63,977 nucleotides of DNA, filler included, from Collodictyon triciliatum (GCA_043381765.1; 14 parts of 14 records of this genome joined end to end with filler, not necessarily neighbours in it), one strand, 5' to 3'. Shown: positions 13,629 to 27,554, counted from the whole stretch's first letter. Made by a program: numbers and translations. The notes: a model not told the origin generated them from the letters alone.

Positions 13629-14110
13629 GTGCGCATTACCTACATTTATTTTTTTCAATTTCATTCTCTTTTTCTTTTTCATTCTCTTTTTCATTCTCTT
13701 TTTCATTCTCTTTTTCATTCTCTTTTTCATTCTCTTTTTCATTTTCGTTTTCGTTTTCATTCTCGCTTTCATTCGCGTTTTCATTTTCATTTTCATTTAC
13801 TTATCTCAATGACATAATATATTTGTATTGACTGGACTAGATTCTCTCATAATAAGTTGAGCTTCGTCCTAGCGTCTATTTGGTTTAGACAACCTATAAT
13901 GATTTTTCCTTTTTCTTTTTTCTTTTTTCTTTTTTCTTTTTTCTTTTTTCTTTTTTCTTTTTTCTTTTTTCTTTTTTCTTTTTTCTTTTTTCTTTTTTCT
14001 TTTTNNNNNNNNNNNNNNNNNNNNNNNNNNNNNNNNNNNNNNNNNNNNTTAATTAATTAANNNNNNNNNNNNNNNNNNNNNNNNNNNNNNNNNNNNNNNN
14101 NNNNAAAAAA

Positions 14111-14178
<68 letters not shown>

Positions 14179-14564
14179 GATAATCGCGCTACCCCCATAA
14201 TTTTTCCCTTTATTTAGAGTTCACCGCCTGCACCCAAATCATTACTCGCCTCATCCCACTCATAAAAGCATTATCAGCAAATACTTTTCTTAAAAGGCAC
14301 AGTAGACATAATGATAATAGCGATACATACAAAAGAATATGGAAACAAAGAACATAACTATTGGCTCTAGTGCTGGTTTATATTTCTTCGAGACTGATAC
14401 AAGAAATTGCAAAGCACCGAATCTTGGATATCATGCATCATTAGATTGGAGTTAGGTATGGCAAAGACACGATGTGGTGATCAACTTTTCATAATTTTAC
14501 GATTCTGATTAGGATATAAGAGGGGATGGGAGGCTTTGCCAGTCAAGAGCATGAATCAGGTACA

Positions 14565-16758
14565 TTATATGGATGTGGGATGCGTGTATGACAGATGCAT
14601 CCTGGCCTCGTCCGCGTTATCGAAGATGGGATAAATGACAGGCGTATTTCCCAAGGGCGCTTTAGCTAGGAAGTCTCTCCAGTCGAGTTTTTGGCACAGG
14701 AAAGTGTCGCCTAAATGCGAAAGTGAAGCTGTCTCCAGCACCAAACCAAGGTGCATATGAACGAGACCCAAAAAAACTGCGCCGAGCAGAAAATAATGTA
14801 GCCTGCTTATATAAAAATACATTAAAATAATATGATTTTTTTTTTAGAGGACGCATTAATAATGAAAAAGCCGGGAAAAAATTACAAGGTAGCTACCCAA
14901 CCCGAGTTTAACATTTTTTTTTTTTTTTTGTTGTTTTCAAAGCATAATGACTAATAAAATTTTAGAAATATAGGCGATGAAAAAAAAAAATACAAACCAA
15001 AATTGACTTTCAGTTTCGCCAATGAAGATAAAGTCATCACAGGCAAACAAGAGGACAGACGAAGGAATAATAATTATGGACGCAAAAACTGAGAGCTCTG
15101 CCCCATTCGTGATTTTCAAAAGAAGAGCTACGATGAAATCGTGCCCAATTATAGTGCAACCGTAAGTCAAAACGTACAACCACAGATCTATTTTAAGCAA
15201 GGAGGTATATCAAGAAATCGACAAAAATTTAAGCGAGTTTAATAAGTATCGAAGGTAGTATTTGCTTGCAGAGTAATATTCAATCAACGGGTAAAGGAAC
15301 GAATATAATAAAATATGGAGGCAGTGTGTCAGTTTACAACAAAGCTATTTTCTTGTAGATGTTTAAATCATACCATCATCACAACCAGCGATGTCGGACA
15401 AGTTCATTCCAAGCAAGCATCTGAAGCCATCAGGAATCATATCTTTGAATTTAGTGATATCAAACTCGCCGAAGCCAGGAAGAAAAACGGCAATCGAAAA
15501 GACAATTACAAAAATTCCCCGAAAGAGAGACGACATAGCGTGGAAAAGAAATACATTTTGGTACTATATCAAATAAGTAGAATGTTAAGATTTAAAGTAG
15601 TAAAGGGGAAAATTTTGTTGACAAAGAAATCTTCCCTTCTTTTTATTTTTTTCCACTTTTATAGGGATACCCCCGTTCATAATATATACACATTATATGT
15701 ACACACCTTCTCAGATTTGATTTTAGTCTTTAGAATATTTGATATTGAAATCGGGATTCCTGCTAGAGCAAACAAAATGCAATAGAAAAACAAGGATTGC
15801 TCTCTCTCAACCTGTTGGTGATATGTAAATTATTAGCATTAGCAAGCATCAGAATATATTTTACCGGAAATTAATTAGAAGATATGTAACTAATACTCTT
15901 TTTTGATTGATGTTATGTTCTAGGATAATAAATTCGTAGTTGTGGAAAAAAAAAAGGTAAAATATGGTTAAAATAAGCAATATGATGTGGCTTTAAGCTC
16001 GAATTCTTGTATTTTCTTTTCTTTTTTTTTTTTTGGCAAAAAAATGCTGGGCATTGATAATAATTACATCATCGTACTCATCCCCTGTGTATGCAATACA
16101 TAGAAAAAGTGTTATTGTTGATACCAATAGTATTATGGTTCCTAAGTGGTGTTGGGTAACTGAAACTCTGGAGCTACGTGAAATTGACAGAATCAGGTGA
16201 TAGGTTAAATTTTAGATTTTATATACAAACCCTGGGAAATCCAGTATGAAAAATAATAAAGTACCCTGGTCTTAATATATATGCTGCACCGACATTCATG
16301 AATATAACATAACTCTACAAATAGGTAATGTGTACCAGATGAAAAAATATTCAGAAAACATTATAGGGATTTTTTATTTAAAAAAAAGTGCGTGCAAGGG
16401 GGTCTTCATTATTTTTTTTCTGAGTAACTATACTCGAGACTTAATTATTAGGAAATGGAAATTTAATTAAGCATTTTTTTTAAAAAAGAAAGGGGAATTA
16501 CTTTATCATTCTTTTATATTAATAAACCATCAAGAGGAGTAAGACCTGAAGCAAGATTTGTTGGAGAGATCCTGGCACATATGCGCTCATTGGGAATAAT
16601 ACAGATACAGCCAGAGCGTCCAAGAATCCGATACAAACAGGCACTCCGATAGATTTCCAAACATTTGATCCCTTTACAATATTTATAATATACATAGAAA
16701 TATGCCTTTATGAATAAAATAATGAGGTAAAGGGATCATTTCAGGAAATAGGGACACT

Positions 16759-16855
<97 letters not shown>

Positions 16856-17743
16856 TAATAATGATAATAAAACAAAAAAGTAGTAGCGCACCTGGGTGCG
16901 AGGATTCTCGTACGGAAGAGACCAAAAGACGACTTGTGGAGGTTTCCACAAAGTAGGGAGCGCAGCCACACCACAAATCAGTCCTGCCAGAATAGACAAA
17001 GTCGCATGCGTGGCCAGCGAGACGGAGACCCAATACTGACCAGCCGCACGGGCTGCTTGCACAAAGGTGAGGCGCTGGACAGAGCCCACAAGCACGAGCA
17101 ACAGCAGCACAGCAAATCGCCCGACGACGGAGGAGAGTCTGGGCGGAGGCTGCTGGGTAACCATAGAAGCAGAAGCAGAAGCAGAAGCAGAAGCAGAAGC
17201 AGAAGATGCAGCCGCGTCAAAATCAGCATCCAGGCGCCGGACACTGCCATTTGCGCGTTGCTGCTCAGCCGAGTTCTGCGCCTCGTTTGTCCACAGCAAC
17301 GAATGCTCGATGCTCTCGCGGTACGGACACGACGCGTGGCCTTCGCTGCGGTCGGCTGTGCATCTTGTTGGGACGGGCGTGGCCAGCGCGTGGTCTCTGC
17401 CTGTTCGTGCCGCTTCAGCATCATTGCCGGCGCAGTTGTCCTCGTCCGACTCGGAGGAGTCCGGCAACGGGATCACGTCGCTCGGCCGCGATTGGAGCCC
17501 CCACCACGCTGCTGTGCCGCGCTGCCGTCCTGCCGCGCTGCCGTTTCTGGCCTCGGTTGGGCTTTCCTGCGTGTTGGGAGTGTTTCTGTGCATCATTGGC
17601 CTGCTCGCTATAGGTATCTGTGTCTTCGGCTGTCTGAAAGGGCTTTTGCAAAAGGAGGTTGGCAGTGTTTCCTGGTGCGAGGCGGCACAAGATCCCACCT
17701 GCTCGTCTTCGAGGCGGCCGTAGACCTCCTGTCGGTGCTTCAT
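14565..17743 (-). CDS. CRT-like (chloroquine resistance transporter-like, DMT superfamily) transporter with a long N-terminal extension
   Basis: Spliced motifs GFLDALAVSVLFPMSAYVPGSLQQILLQ, MSSLFRGIFVIVFSIAVFLPGFGEF...PDGFRCLLGMN...GCDD and LLKITNGAELSVFASIIIIP follow the CRT/CLT pattern; long GC-rich first exon; middle exons not fully resolved. Confidence 0.75.
16761..16870. repeat. (TAA)n microsatellite in intron 1 of the CRT-like gene
   Basis: Direct tandem array; similar arrays at 4703-4773, 23889-23986, 58454-58555 and 61768-61863. Confidence 0.95.
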
Positions 17744-17956
17744 GCCTGCTGCGCGCTTCTTTGTGGGCGCAAGTGAGGGCGGCGGCGGGAAGATGTTGGG
17801 TTAGGAACGCAGGCGTGGATAGACGTGGCTGACCAGTGGTAGGCTGCTTCAATGCTACAAAAAAAGAAAAAGAGAATCAAAAACCAATTCCGCAGAGGGC
17901 GTAATCTGGGTCGTGTTTTGTCATCGTGGCTACACGGAAAGTTGCCCAAAATATTA

Positions 17957-18029
17957 CATCCGCGACGGGAATCGAACCCGCAATCTCCAGATCCGAAGTC
18001 TAACGTGATATCCATTACACTACGCGGAC
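17957..18029 (-). tRNA. tRNA-Arg(UCG), intronless
   Basis: Minus strand GTCCGCG-TA-GTGTAATGGATATCAC-G-TTAGA-CTTCGGA-TCTGG-AGATT-GCGGG-TTCGATT-CCCGT-CGCGGAT-G folds into a 73-nt cloverleaf with anticodon TCG. Confidence 0.93.
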
Positions 18030-19040
18030 GTTTTATGAAAAGAAGGAGTTTTATGATAATCATAATCTGTGTACGATTTTAACTGCGTCGAGTATCTGGT
18101 ATTTTTGATTCGCGCAACATGTTTAGGCATTGGAAAAGTAATTTAATTAAATTGCATTTACCAGTTTAAACCACAAGAGGAATTAAAAGGAAACTGTATA
18201 TAATTTGCAGGAGGATAGAAACCATAAGCAAATAGGATCACTGATGGATGAGGCCACTGTTAATTTTCATTTATTTCTCATTTATTTTCTTCATTTGAAA
18301 AAAAAAAGAGCAAATTTCCATCAGCATATTTGAGTATTGAAGAGTGATTATACGAACGCCATATGGTGATAGGGTATTCAGTGTTATTTTCAAGGGCTAC
18401 TTCTCATACGGCTGTCCTTTAACAGAAAAAATATTTTATTTATTCAGTATTTGAATTTTTGACAAAAAAAATTAAAGAAAAGTCATAAAAAAAACTATTT
18501 CTTTTCAGCAGAGTTGGGCTGTGATGAGTCATCTGATTTTATGTCTGGAGTATCATGTGTCTGTAAAAATATAAAAATATAGTTAAGACAACATGTAATA
18601 TTTATTCTAGAACTATTTCTTCAACCATCATAGCCTTATTTAAAAATTATTTCTTTTTTTTTTTTAAAAAAAAAAAAACAACTGAATTTTTTAAAAAAAA
18701 ATTTTNNNNNNNNNNNNNNNNNNNNNNNNNNNNNNNNNNNNNNNNNNNNTTAATTAATTAANNNNNNNNNNNNNNNNNNNNNNNNNNNNNNNNNNNNNNN
18801 NNNNNTTTTTGTTTTTGTTTTTGTTTTTGTTTTTGTTTTTGTTTTTGTTTTTGTTTTTGTTTTTGTTTTTGTTTTTGTTTTTGTTTTTGTTTTTGTTTTT
18901 GTTGACATATTTTAACATTCAATGATAAAACTAAATCTTTAAAAATGGAAAAGAACAGTGCAGAGCACCGTTGCCTCCTGTAAAGATCAATACAGCTTTT
19001 GGAGAAACGGAAGATAGAATGGAAAGCATCAGCCTCTGAC

Positions 19041-19130
19041 CTGATCCATGAGTTCCTCGAAGGCAGACGCGCTGCTTCGGCAAAGGGCAGCTTGCTTCAA
19101 CGCCTGCGCCACGATATCTTGCTCTGCCAT
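19041..19130 (-). CDS. First coding exon of an unidentified gene, divergent from the TSNAXIP1-like gene
   Basis: MAEQDIVAQALKQAALCRSSASAFEELMDQ followed by a GT donor; an apparent 5'-UTR intron (GTAAGT...AAAG) precedes it. Confidence 0.4.
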
Positions 19131-19656
19131 TTTCCTTTCCAAAAATTAATTAGTCTCACACAAGTTCACACATTATCCCCCGCAGGAGTCAGTCTTGTTG
19201 AGGAAAAAGAGTTTGAAGCTGATTCAACTTACCGACGGATCAGAGTTTCACCCGGCGCAAAAAAAAAAAAAAAAGGAAATAAAGTCTTCGGATCAAAAAT
19301 ATTATTTTCCAGTTATGTTTTCCACAAAAGCTATCGGTTGCACCGAATAAAGTGTGATCGCTCGGGATTGTGTGATGAATCTGATCCTGGAGGCGACTCA
19401 ACAAATCAACACGCAAACGCCTTTCAGCTCCTCGAAATCGCCTTACCGAGTGGGAGTACATATATTTTCATCATGACAAGATACGAAACAATGTTAGTTT
19501 TTAGATCGACCCTGCCAAAACCGCAAAGGGAAGCCTGCCATGGATCACATTATGCGTCGCCGGCAGACAGATCGATCGAGAGGGGTTTTGGCGCCGACAG
19601 CTGGTTTTCCTCAGCGAAGCCCATCTCCTGCTACACTAAAGGCCACCGCACAAAAT

Positions 19657-22600
19657 ATGTCCCATGACAGTTTCTTCGGGTATTTTTTAAATATTCTCTT
19701 ACTTAAGCTCATGAAGTAGTTTTCCCGACGTTTGGTTGATGGTTTAGATGAATATTATTTTAGTTTGTTCGTTCTTTCATTTTATACTTTTATTTTATTT
19801 TATTTTATTTTGTTCTATTTATTTTATTTTATATTATTTTATTGCTTATTATTCCATACTTAAAGAAAAAGAATATTATGGTTTGCAGATATATGAGGAG
19901 CATTTGATATTTCACCGGCTATAAATAATTTGTTTCAATATTTTAGTTTTGGTTTTCCCCTTTTTTTAAAAAATACCTTCTTCGTTTCTTCTTTGATTTC
20001 TTTGGATATTTGCGCACTTGGACCGTTAATTCAGCGCTTCTCGTCAAAGGAGTCCATCACCATTGGGAGTGAACCATACAGATGGCAGACTCGATGGGAC
20101 ATTGTAATTTATTTATGGTTTTTAGTGAATCGATCGACGTGTCTCCATTCTCGCTTTTTTATTATTGATTCACTATTGAAATGAATATCATTGATAACCG
20201 AATTATATTTCAATGTAGAAGATCCGCTGCGTTAAAGCACTCCATGATGATAAATAGTCTGATTAGCACAACCAAGTATGAGTGGCCCTTGATTAATTTC
20301 GTTTAGTACTCGTCATTTCAAGAATCATTCAAATATATTCATTTCATAATAGCATATAATTTTTCATAACTGAGTACTAATTCATTTTTTTATTGATTTA
20401 CACAATCAAGTCAAGCTGTAGCATCTATGAGTGATGAAGAGACCCTTTTGCAAAAGTAAATTACCAATTCAAACGATTTTCATCTCTGCATTTTCATATA
20501 ACATACTTGGTTTCGGACTTACATGAATTCATATAGGAAGGAAATGGACGAGACGATATATTTCTCACCCACTAATCCTTACAAGTCAAAACGTACTTTC
20601 ATTATAACGCAGTTTCGTCTGCCAAATTTAAAAATATTGAATATATCCTTTTTCTTTTTGTCTCTTCTTTTTTGTCTCTTCTTTTTGTCTCTTCTTTTTG
20701 TCTCTTCTTTTTGTCTCTTCTTTTTGTCTCTTCTTTTTGTTTGTCCTCTTATATATTTCCTTTTTTGTGTGTGAAACTTTTATGTCTGTTGCATCGAATC
20801 TTAAAATTTTCGTAATTTTCTTTGAATCGAATAAAGGGAAAAGATGTTTTCTAATTTTCCTCGTTTATTTCAAGCTCTTGAATATGAGGTGAAAATATCG
20901 GAAGCGTTGTACAAAAAACGAGCTGCGCCTCACCCAGACAGAACTTCAGCAATTATGGAGGTCTTTGGTATGGTGAATGGGATTCCATAAGGAACCTCAA
21001 ATTAAGACTATCAATATGTAAACCATCCGTTTATCAAAAGGGGTTTTTTTTAAAAAAAGAAAAAGAAAAAGCACGAGATGTTTTAATTTGAATATCTTTA
21101 AGATTAAGGACGAAGCAGAGCAACCCTTTTGCTGAAAAAAAAATATATGTATATACATTGAATAGATGAGTTTGTACATGATGAAGTCAACATTGCATTT
21201 CGTCGTTTTTTACAAACGCTCTATGAAGAAATGTACCTCTCAATCTACAGTGAAAACTACTTGACAGCATCAACATCGGCAGATTCTAAAGTACATAATC
21301 ATACAAAAACCATATTTTGTTTGCTTCATCAGCGAGTCTAATTAGAAGAAAAATTTTCATTCGTTTATGGGCAACCATAATTACAGACCCCGATTGTCAA
21401 GTCTCCTTTCTTTCTTGCGGTCAAACGACTGGAACAGGAAAAGTTAGACAATATTATAACTAAAAAAAAAAAATAAAAAAAAATTGCTCGATTCAATTTT
21501 GTTTTTAGCAGATATTTCGACATTATGTCTATTATCGAACCCAAAAAGGAAAAATATGCTCAAGCATTGAAAACCAAATATGATTATATAGGCAGGACCT
21601 TATGGTTGGTAGAATGAGGCTTCAGAGTGATATTAAAGAGCAAGAAATCAACTACACAAACCTCGTCGATGACCTCACGCGCCTCAAGTAAGGAGACCCT
21701 CAATCATTCTTGGAAATAATCTACTCATTAAAGTTAGCCATTTATGGCTCATAAATGCATTTTAGCGCTATTTTACTAAGTACATAATCTATGCAGGGAA
21801 TCCATATCCGAAAAAGACCAGGAAATACACAATCTGCATATGAAAGAAACAAAGTAAGGATTATAGCTCCGTTTATTATTGCCATTATTTCACTCAATTT
21901 GTGCAAGGTGTGACCTTTTGGAATTAGTTCAAGAAGTGAATTTCCCGTTAGAAGTATTCGATGAACGCCATATTAACTCATGAATACTAAAGAATCAGAA
22001 ATGAGCTCACTAAAGTTAGGGATCAGATGATTGAACTAAAAAAGGACAGGTAATATGCAAATTATTCTGTTGCATTCGTTTCCTAGTATAAGTTCACAGG
22101 GGGTGAAAACGAAGGGAAAATTCTTCTGACTCATGAAAATAACAAAAAAAAAAAAATTACTTATCATCTAGGGAAAGATTTGAGACACTCTGGGCAGCTG
22201 GTATTTTTCATTCATGGATATTTTAGAATGCATGCTATTATCTTCCTTGTTGATGCCTTATATATTGTGTTTTGGTAGACCATCACCGGGTCGACACATT
22301 AAAGAAAGAGCTTGACGACACAACAAATGAATTCACTACCCAATTGGAAGAAATGAGGGAGCTTAATGTGAATCAAGTTCCTCGTCATCAAGTATGTGAT
22401 TTTAGTTCTTTATAAAAGAAGCAATATCATAAATCCTTCCTTACATATCTATGTCAAAATCTATTTGTTTACTGGCTCGATTATCTTATTTGAGATGTAC
22501 CTTCAGCGAACCACCTTTTAAAACTACAAAACTATTAGTATGAAAGGTCGCAAAACAAATTGATGAGACTGACATCCGACCATGCATCTTTGCAAGAAGC

Positions 22601-23257
22601 TCATCATGATTTAACTGATAAACACAAGTATTTATGTATATTTATGTCCATGATTGCACCTCAGATGCCCGTCACCCAAAATAATTTTCTCCTGAAATTT
22701 TCTCTCGAGAAAAAAAACTAATTTCGGATACACAGCCAACTGATTACCAAAATGCATGAGTCTGCAAAAATCATACATGATTTTGAAAAAAGAGCAGCGG
22801 TCACTACACCACGTCCACAGGTTTGCTATGATTACATACTATGCACGCTCAATAAGATTGTATGTTTTGAGTCCAATTGCTTTATTTTATATATGCTAAT
22901 GATATTTGACATAATTCCTTTAATTAATTGGCAGGTTGAGCTTTATGAAGCCCTTTTTCCAGATAAGACTGGTGAAGATATGGACGATGATGACAGTGAA
23001 AATCAGGATTATATGTTCAGTGCACCATTCGTGGCGAAGGTATTCGTCTATGTGATTGCTTTTTTTTCCATGGTGTTTGTTAAATTTTTATTTAGCATAA
23101 AATGGTTTCTTCTTCTATATTACAATATTGGTTGCCTTATTAACATCCATCCCAGAGAAATCTAACTTTAAGTGTGACCTCTGAAGTCATCCAGGGACAA
23201 ATTTTCAGTTCTGGCCAAAAGTGTGGAGATACTGAGAGGGGAAGTTACTGATCTAAG
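19657..23257 (+). CDS. Coiled-coil protein resembling TSNAXIP1 (cilia-associated), 3' end truncated
   Basis: Many small GT-AG exons splice in frame: ...SKPLEYEVKISEAL...PHPDRTSAIMEVFDEFV...FRRFLQTLYEEM, then a coiled coil and TTPRP. The gene model is good; the family call rests on recalled motifs. Confidence 0.5.
20820..20842 (+). mobile_element. Family A tail copy, intronic
   Basis: CTTTGAATCGAATAAAGGGAAAA with degenerate flanking repeat TTTTC(G)TAATTTTC. Confidence 0.5.
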
Positions 23258-23920
23258 GTGTGATAGTTTATTATATATTCTTCTAATAAATAAACATTTT
23301 TATGCTTTGTTTTGTTTTGTTTTGTTTTGTTTTGTTTTGTTTTGTTTTGTTTTGTTTTGTTTTGTTTTGTTTTGTTTTGTTTTGTTTTGTTTTGTTTTGT
23401 TTTGTNNNNNNNNNNNNNNNNNNNNNNNNNNNNNNNNNNNNNNNNNNNNTTAATTAATTAANNNNNNNNNNNNNNNNNNNNNNNNNNNNNNNNNNNNNNN
23501 NNNNNTTTTATTCTCTTTTTATTCTCTTTTTATTCTCTTTTTATTCTCTTTTTATTCTCTTTTTATTCTCTTTTTATTCTCTTTTTATTCTCTTTTTATT
23601 CTCTTTTTATTCTCTTTTTATTCTCTTTTTATTCTCTTTTTATTCTCTTTTTATTCTCTTTTTATTCTCTTTTTATTCTCTTTTTCTTTTCTTTTTCTTT
23701 TCTTTTTCTTTTCTTTTTCTTTTCTTTTTCTTTTCTTTTTATTCTCTTTTCTTTTCTTTTCTTTTCTTTCCTTTTCTTTTTGGTTTGTTTTTGTTTCCTT
23801 AGTATTCATGGAAATAAAATCGGTGTGTACCTGGCAACCAATAATAAAATAACTCAAAACTTCGGTTCTTTAGACATAGCATTAACGTAATAATAATAAT
23901 AATTATATAATAATAATAAT

Positions 23921-23989
<69 letters not shown>

Positions 23990-24012
23990 CACACCTAGGG
24001 ATATACTTTGAA

Positions 24013-26236
24013 ATGAAAGCTGCATTTCGTGTGTTGGCTCTTTGTTTCGTCTCATGGCCAACCTTTCATACAGCAGCATCCGGCAGCACATGGGTACCAC
24101 TCTCAGCCATCCGTGTGGATGATGAACCTTGGGGCAGCGGGTATGCAAACTCTCTCGCGATACACGAAGGGACATTAGTCATCGGCGCACAAGGGGTCAA
24201 GAAACCTGGATGGATTAGATATGGTACAGTTTACGTTTATACGGTCAAAGGAAGAGAGTTGGTTTATGACTCGATGCTTGCTCCGTCAACAAGAAAGTCT
24301 GAAAATAAATGTGGAATCAGCGTAAGTGTTTATAGGAGCTGGATTGTTTTTGGTTGTCCAAACGAGCGCATTTTAGATGGCTCGATTGTAGGCGCTGCAT
24401 ATCTTTTTCACAGACAAGATTTAGTATGGGTCGAAGTTCAAAAGTTTTTACCAAGCTCTCCTTGGTTCAATATCTTTGCACTCAACGTTTTTATAAATAA
24501 ATCATTCCTCCTGATTGGAACTCCTAGTGCTTTCAATTATCCGGAGGCTCACGGTGGGGCAGTATGCACTTACATATTTGAAAAAGACGAGTGGAAGAAT
24601 TCTGAATGTTTGAGTTCTACGATTGAAGAACCGACTCCTCTTTTCGGGCATTCCTTTTCATTGACTGAAGAGTTTTTAGCTGTCGGTGCACCAGGTTCGT
24701 TGACATACAGTCGACCAGGATATGTATACGTATACACTTTCCAGCAACAGTGGCAACTAACCCAAAAAATAGTAGGAGACACCTTTGAGGTTGTCGGAGA
24801 ATTATTTGGGAACTCAGTCTCAATGACAGATAATTTGATGGCCATATCCGCTCCACATCAGAAATCTGAGGATGGGAGAATAGGTGTCGTTTATGTCTAT
24901 TCAATGGCGTCTTCAAAGTGGAGACTTCACGCTATAATCAAACCAACGAGTCATTATGAAGAGATGTTGAATGGATACATTATCAGTCTTTCTAAGATAT
25001 ACTTGGAGTTAACCGATGGCACAAAAAGAGTATGGTCATTTAGCTTCAACGGAAATGAGTGGAAGGAGTTATCTCAGACACAAGGACAAAAAAGCGTAAT
25101 GGATGATCATGCTCTGTTCCGAGTGGTTAGCAGTCATCCTACAGCAGATGAAAATACTATATCAGTATACTACAACCCATCTGAATTTACTCGTATGTCT
25201 TTATATTTGATAAAGCACACAAACATCATCATAATTTTTCCGCTTAGCGAGTACTTTTTTTTTTTGTTTATTCGATTCAAAGTTCCGCTTATCTGGTACA
25301 ATCTTTTGAACAGAAACAAATATCGCGACAATATCACGCGTCCCAGAGACAGGTTCCCCAAGATAATTCATATTTTTAGGGAATATTTTGTTTAATCCTT
25401 CTGTTATTTCCCTTAAGGAACCACAAAATATTGGTGTTAATTTTCATGCTTCATGCCCTCACAATTTTTTTCCTGTTGCATATGACTTTGTTTTAAATTA
25501 TCAAAAAAATTTTTAGATAGCGCCTCAGCAATATGTAAGTTTTACATTCTTATGGCTTTCATTTACGTACTTTAAAGGTGATTTATATCACATGAATAAG
25601 TCTGGAGTACTAATGATAAATATTTTTAACAGCAACGGAATCTCCTAGCCATTATTCGTGTATGTTACTATAATATCACAGTAAACCGATAAATTTATGG
25701 AATCAGGATGATAAATTTACTAACTATGCTTGTTTAATTGAATAAAAGTGAAAATTAGTAACTATGTAATATATAGATTCGTGTCCTGTTGATTGTAATA
25801 GGCCCTATCTTGCCATAGGAATATATATTGAAAATATAAGAAAGATAAAGTGCTTTTGTTTTATTATTGTATATGTCTAGTTTGAATCAGCAATTATTTT
25901 ATTTTTATGTTTATATGTTTATGTAGAAAACTTTTAACTTATATAGGGGAAGATATACACAGTAAAGACGATAATGGCAGTATGGTCTATATGATTGTAT
26001 TGACTGGCTTTCTCCTGGCATTTACTCTTGGTGGAATCTGTGTTGCTGTTAAGAGATGCATAGAGAGACGAAAAATGTCAAAAGCGTTGGAAACTGTATT
26101 AGTGAACGATGCTCACCAGAGTGAAGCTGCTCCAAAGGATGACCTCCAAGAGATACTTCAACTCAAGCCCCATGATATGGAATCTGATTACGGGTCTACT
26201 AGTTTGAGATTCGAAATCGAAGACATTCTGGAATAG
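24013..26236 (+). CDS. FG-GAP repeat (integrin-alpha-like beta-propeller) type-I membrane protein
   Basis: N-terminal signal-like peptide; repeats LVIGAQ, IVFGCP, LLIGTP, FGHSFSL..LAVGAP and FGNSVSM..MAISAP with VYVY strands in a ~1.18-kb first exon; small stalk exons; TM helix MVYMIVLTGFLLAFTLGGICVAV followed by KRC in the last exon. Confidence 0.8.
25238..25299 (-). mobile_element. Family A insertion with degenerate 17-bp TSD, in an FG-GAP gene intron
   Basis: TTCCGCTTAGCGAGTAC / TTCCGCTTATCTGGTAC (14 of 17 identical) flank (minus strand) CTTTGAATCGAATAAACAAAAAAAAAAA. Confidence 0.55.
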
Positions 26237-27219
26237 ACCATGACCAACAATCATAAAAATTTTCTTTTGGGGGCTGATGAAGATTTTACTAGTCACGCTT
26301 TTGTGCTCTTATATCTGGACTATGACATAATGGAAGCATTTTGTTGTGATTTATTTATAGTCAAGAGATCGTATTCACCATTCGAATTAGTAATATGTCG
26401 TTTAGAAAACACCTTGGTTCGTTTTTGGGGAAAAAAATCCTGTTCTAGATAAGTGCGTATTAGCCAGAGACATTATCGATTATCTTTTACTTAGAATTAA
26501 AAACCGAAATGCTTTTGAATCCAGATAATTATTTGGTGTGCTGATATTCCGAAATGCCATATTTTCATTAGATTGCGCAATATAGTCGATGCATGGAATA
26601 TTCTGCATGATTGATGGCTCAAGTATAAACTGATTGCACATCAGATTTTCCAATTGTGACCAGCCAGCCACAGAACGAGAGAATCAAGTACTAAAATTCA
26701 AGCCTCTCTTAAACCGATGGAGGGTATTTCATGAACTAGTCCCTAGAAGAGTTACCCAAAATGATATTGTCATTGTTTGTTTGTGCTCTCGCCTTTCTAA
26801 AAAAAAAATATGAAAATGATTTGATATGATATGATGTGACAGCAAAGGTTTATGTTGTTTTGTTTTAACAGACAGGCTCAAAGAGTATGTAATTCATTTG
26901 ATGAGTAGTTCTGGTTCGATTGATGGATGATGATGCAATCATTTGTGCTTTCCTCTACTATATAAATCAGTTATTTGTGATGTGATTTTATTTATATTTT
27001 TTGTTTACAGGAAAGTGTAGTTACTTGAAAAAATAAATCGGCAAGGAATTGAATTTCCGGATTATATTATAAAAGGAGTATTTTTTTCTTTTAATAGAAG
27101 CTAATCAATTTCATTACCTTGGAAAGCTTCGTTGAATCAGTAACTTGTATTGCTGTAATATATTTGTCTCTATCTTCTGGGCTAAGATCATACGCAATGA
27201 GTTGCCGATGAGCATTCCC

Positions 27220-27554
27220 TTCCTTTATTCGATTCAAAGTTCAAGACAGCTAGGTCAAACAGGTGGAAAGTAAAGTGTGCATGGTAAAGAGCCAGCATGA
27301 GAAGGGGATAATACCATGAGGATGCTACCGCTGGAAAGGTAATAGTAATATGGAGTGGTCAGGCGCACGACCCAAACTGTTAGACCTGCTGCGTAGATAT
27401 CGGTGGTCTGAGTACCAAGAGATATATCTTCGGACGCTTCCTTACATCTCTTCGCTTGTGGTCGGAGTAGCAAAGAATGCAGGCGTGTTTCACTAAGCTT
27501 TTCAAGAACTGATATTCCACGATGCCGTTTAGGCTGAAGAGAATCATTATTCAT
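27220..27554 (-). mobile_element. Possible decayed non-LTR retroelement remnant ending in the family A tail
   Basis: ORF with PKRHRGISVLEKLSETRLHS (weakly like the LINE RT YRGISLL motif), followed on the same strand by GAACTTTGAATCGAATAAAGGAA at 27220-27242. Confidence 0.3.

Noticed and set aside
16934-17852. Several long overlapping or antisense ORFs (e.g. 16934-17776 +, 17067-17723 +)
   Set aside because: Shadow ORFs of the GC-rich first exon of the CRT-like gene
18999-19667. 222-aa plus-strand ORF
   Set aside because: Non-ATG start, runs through a poly-A tract, and spans the GC-richer region between two divergent gene starts; no recognisable motif
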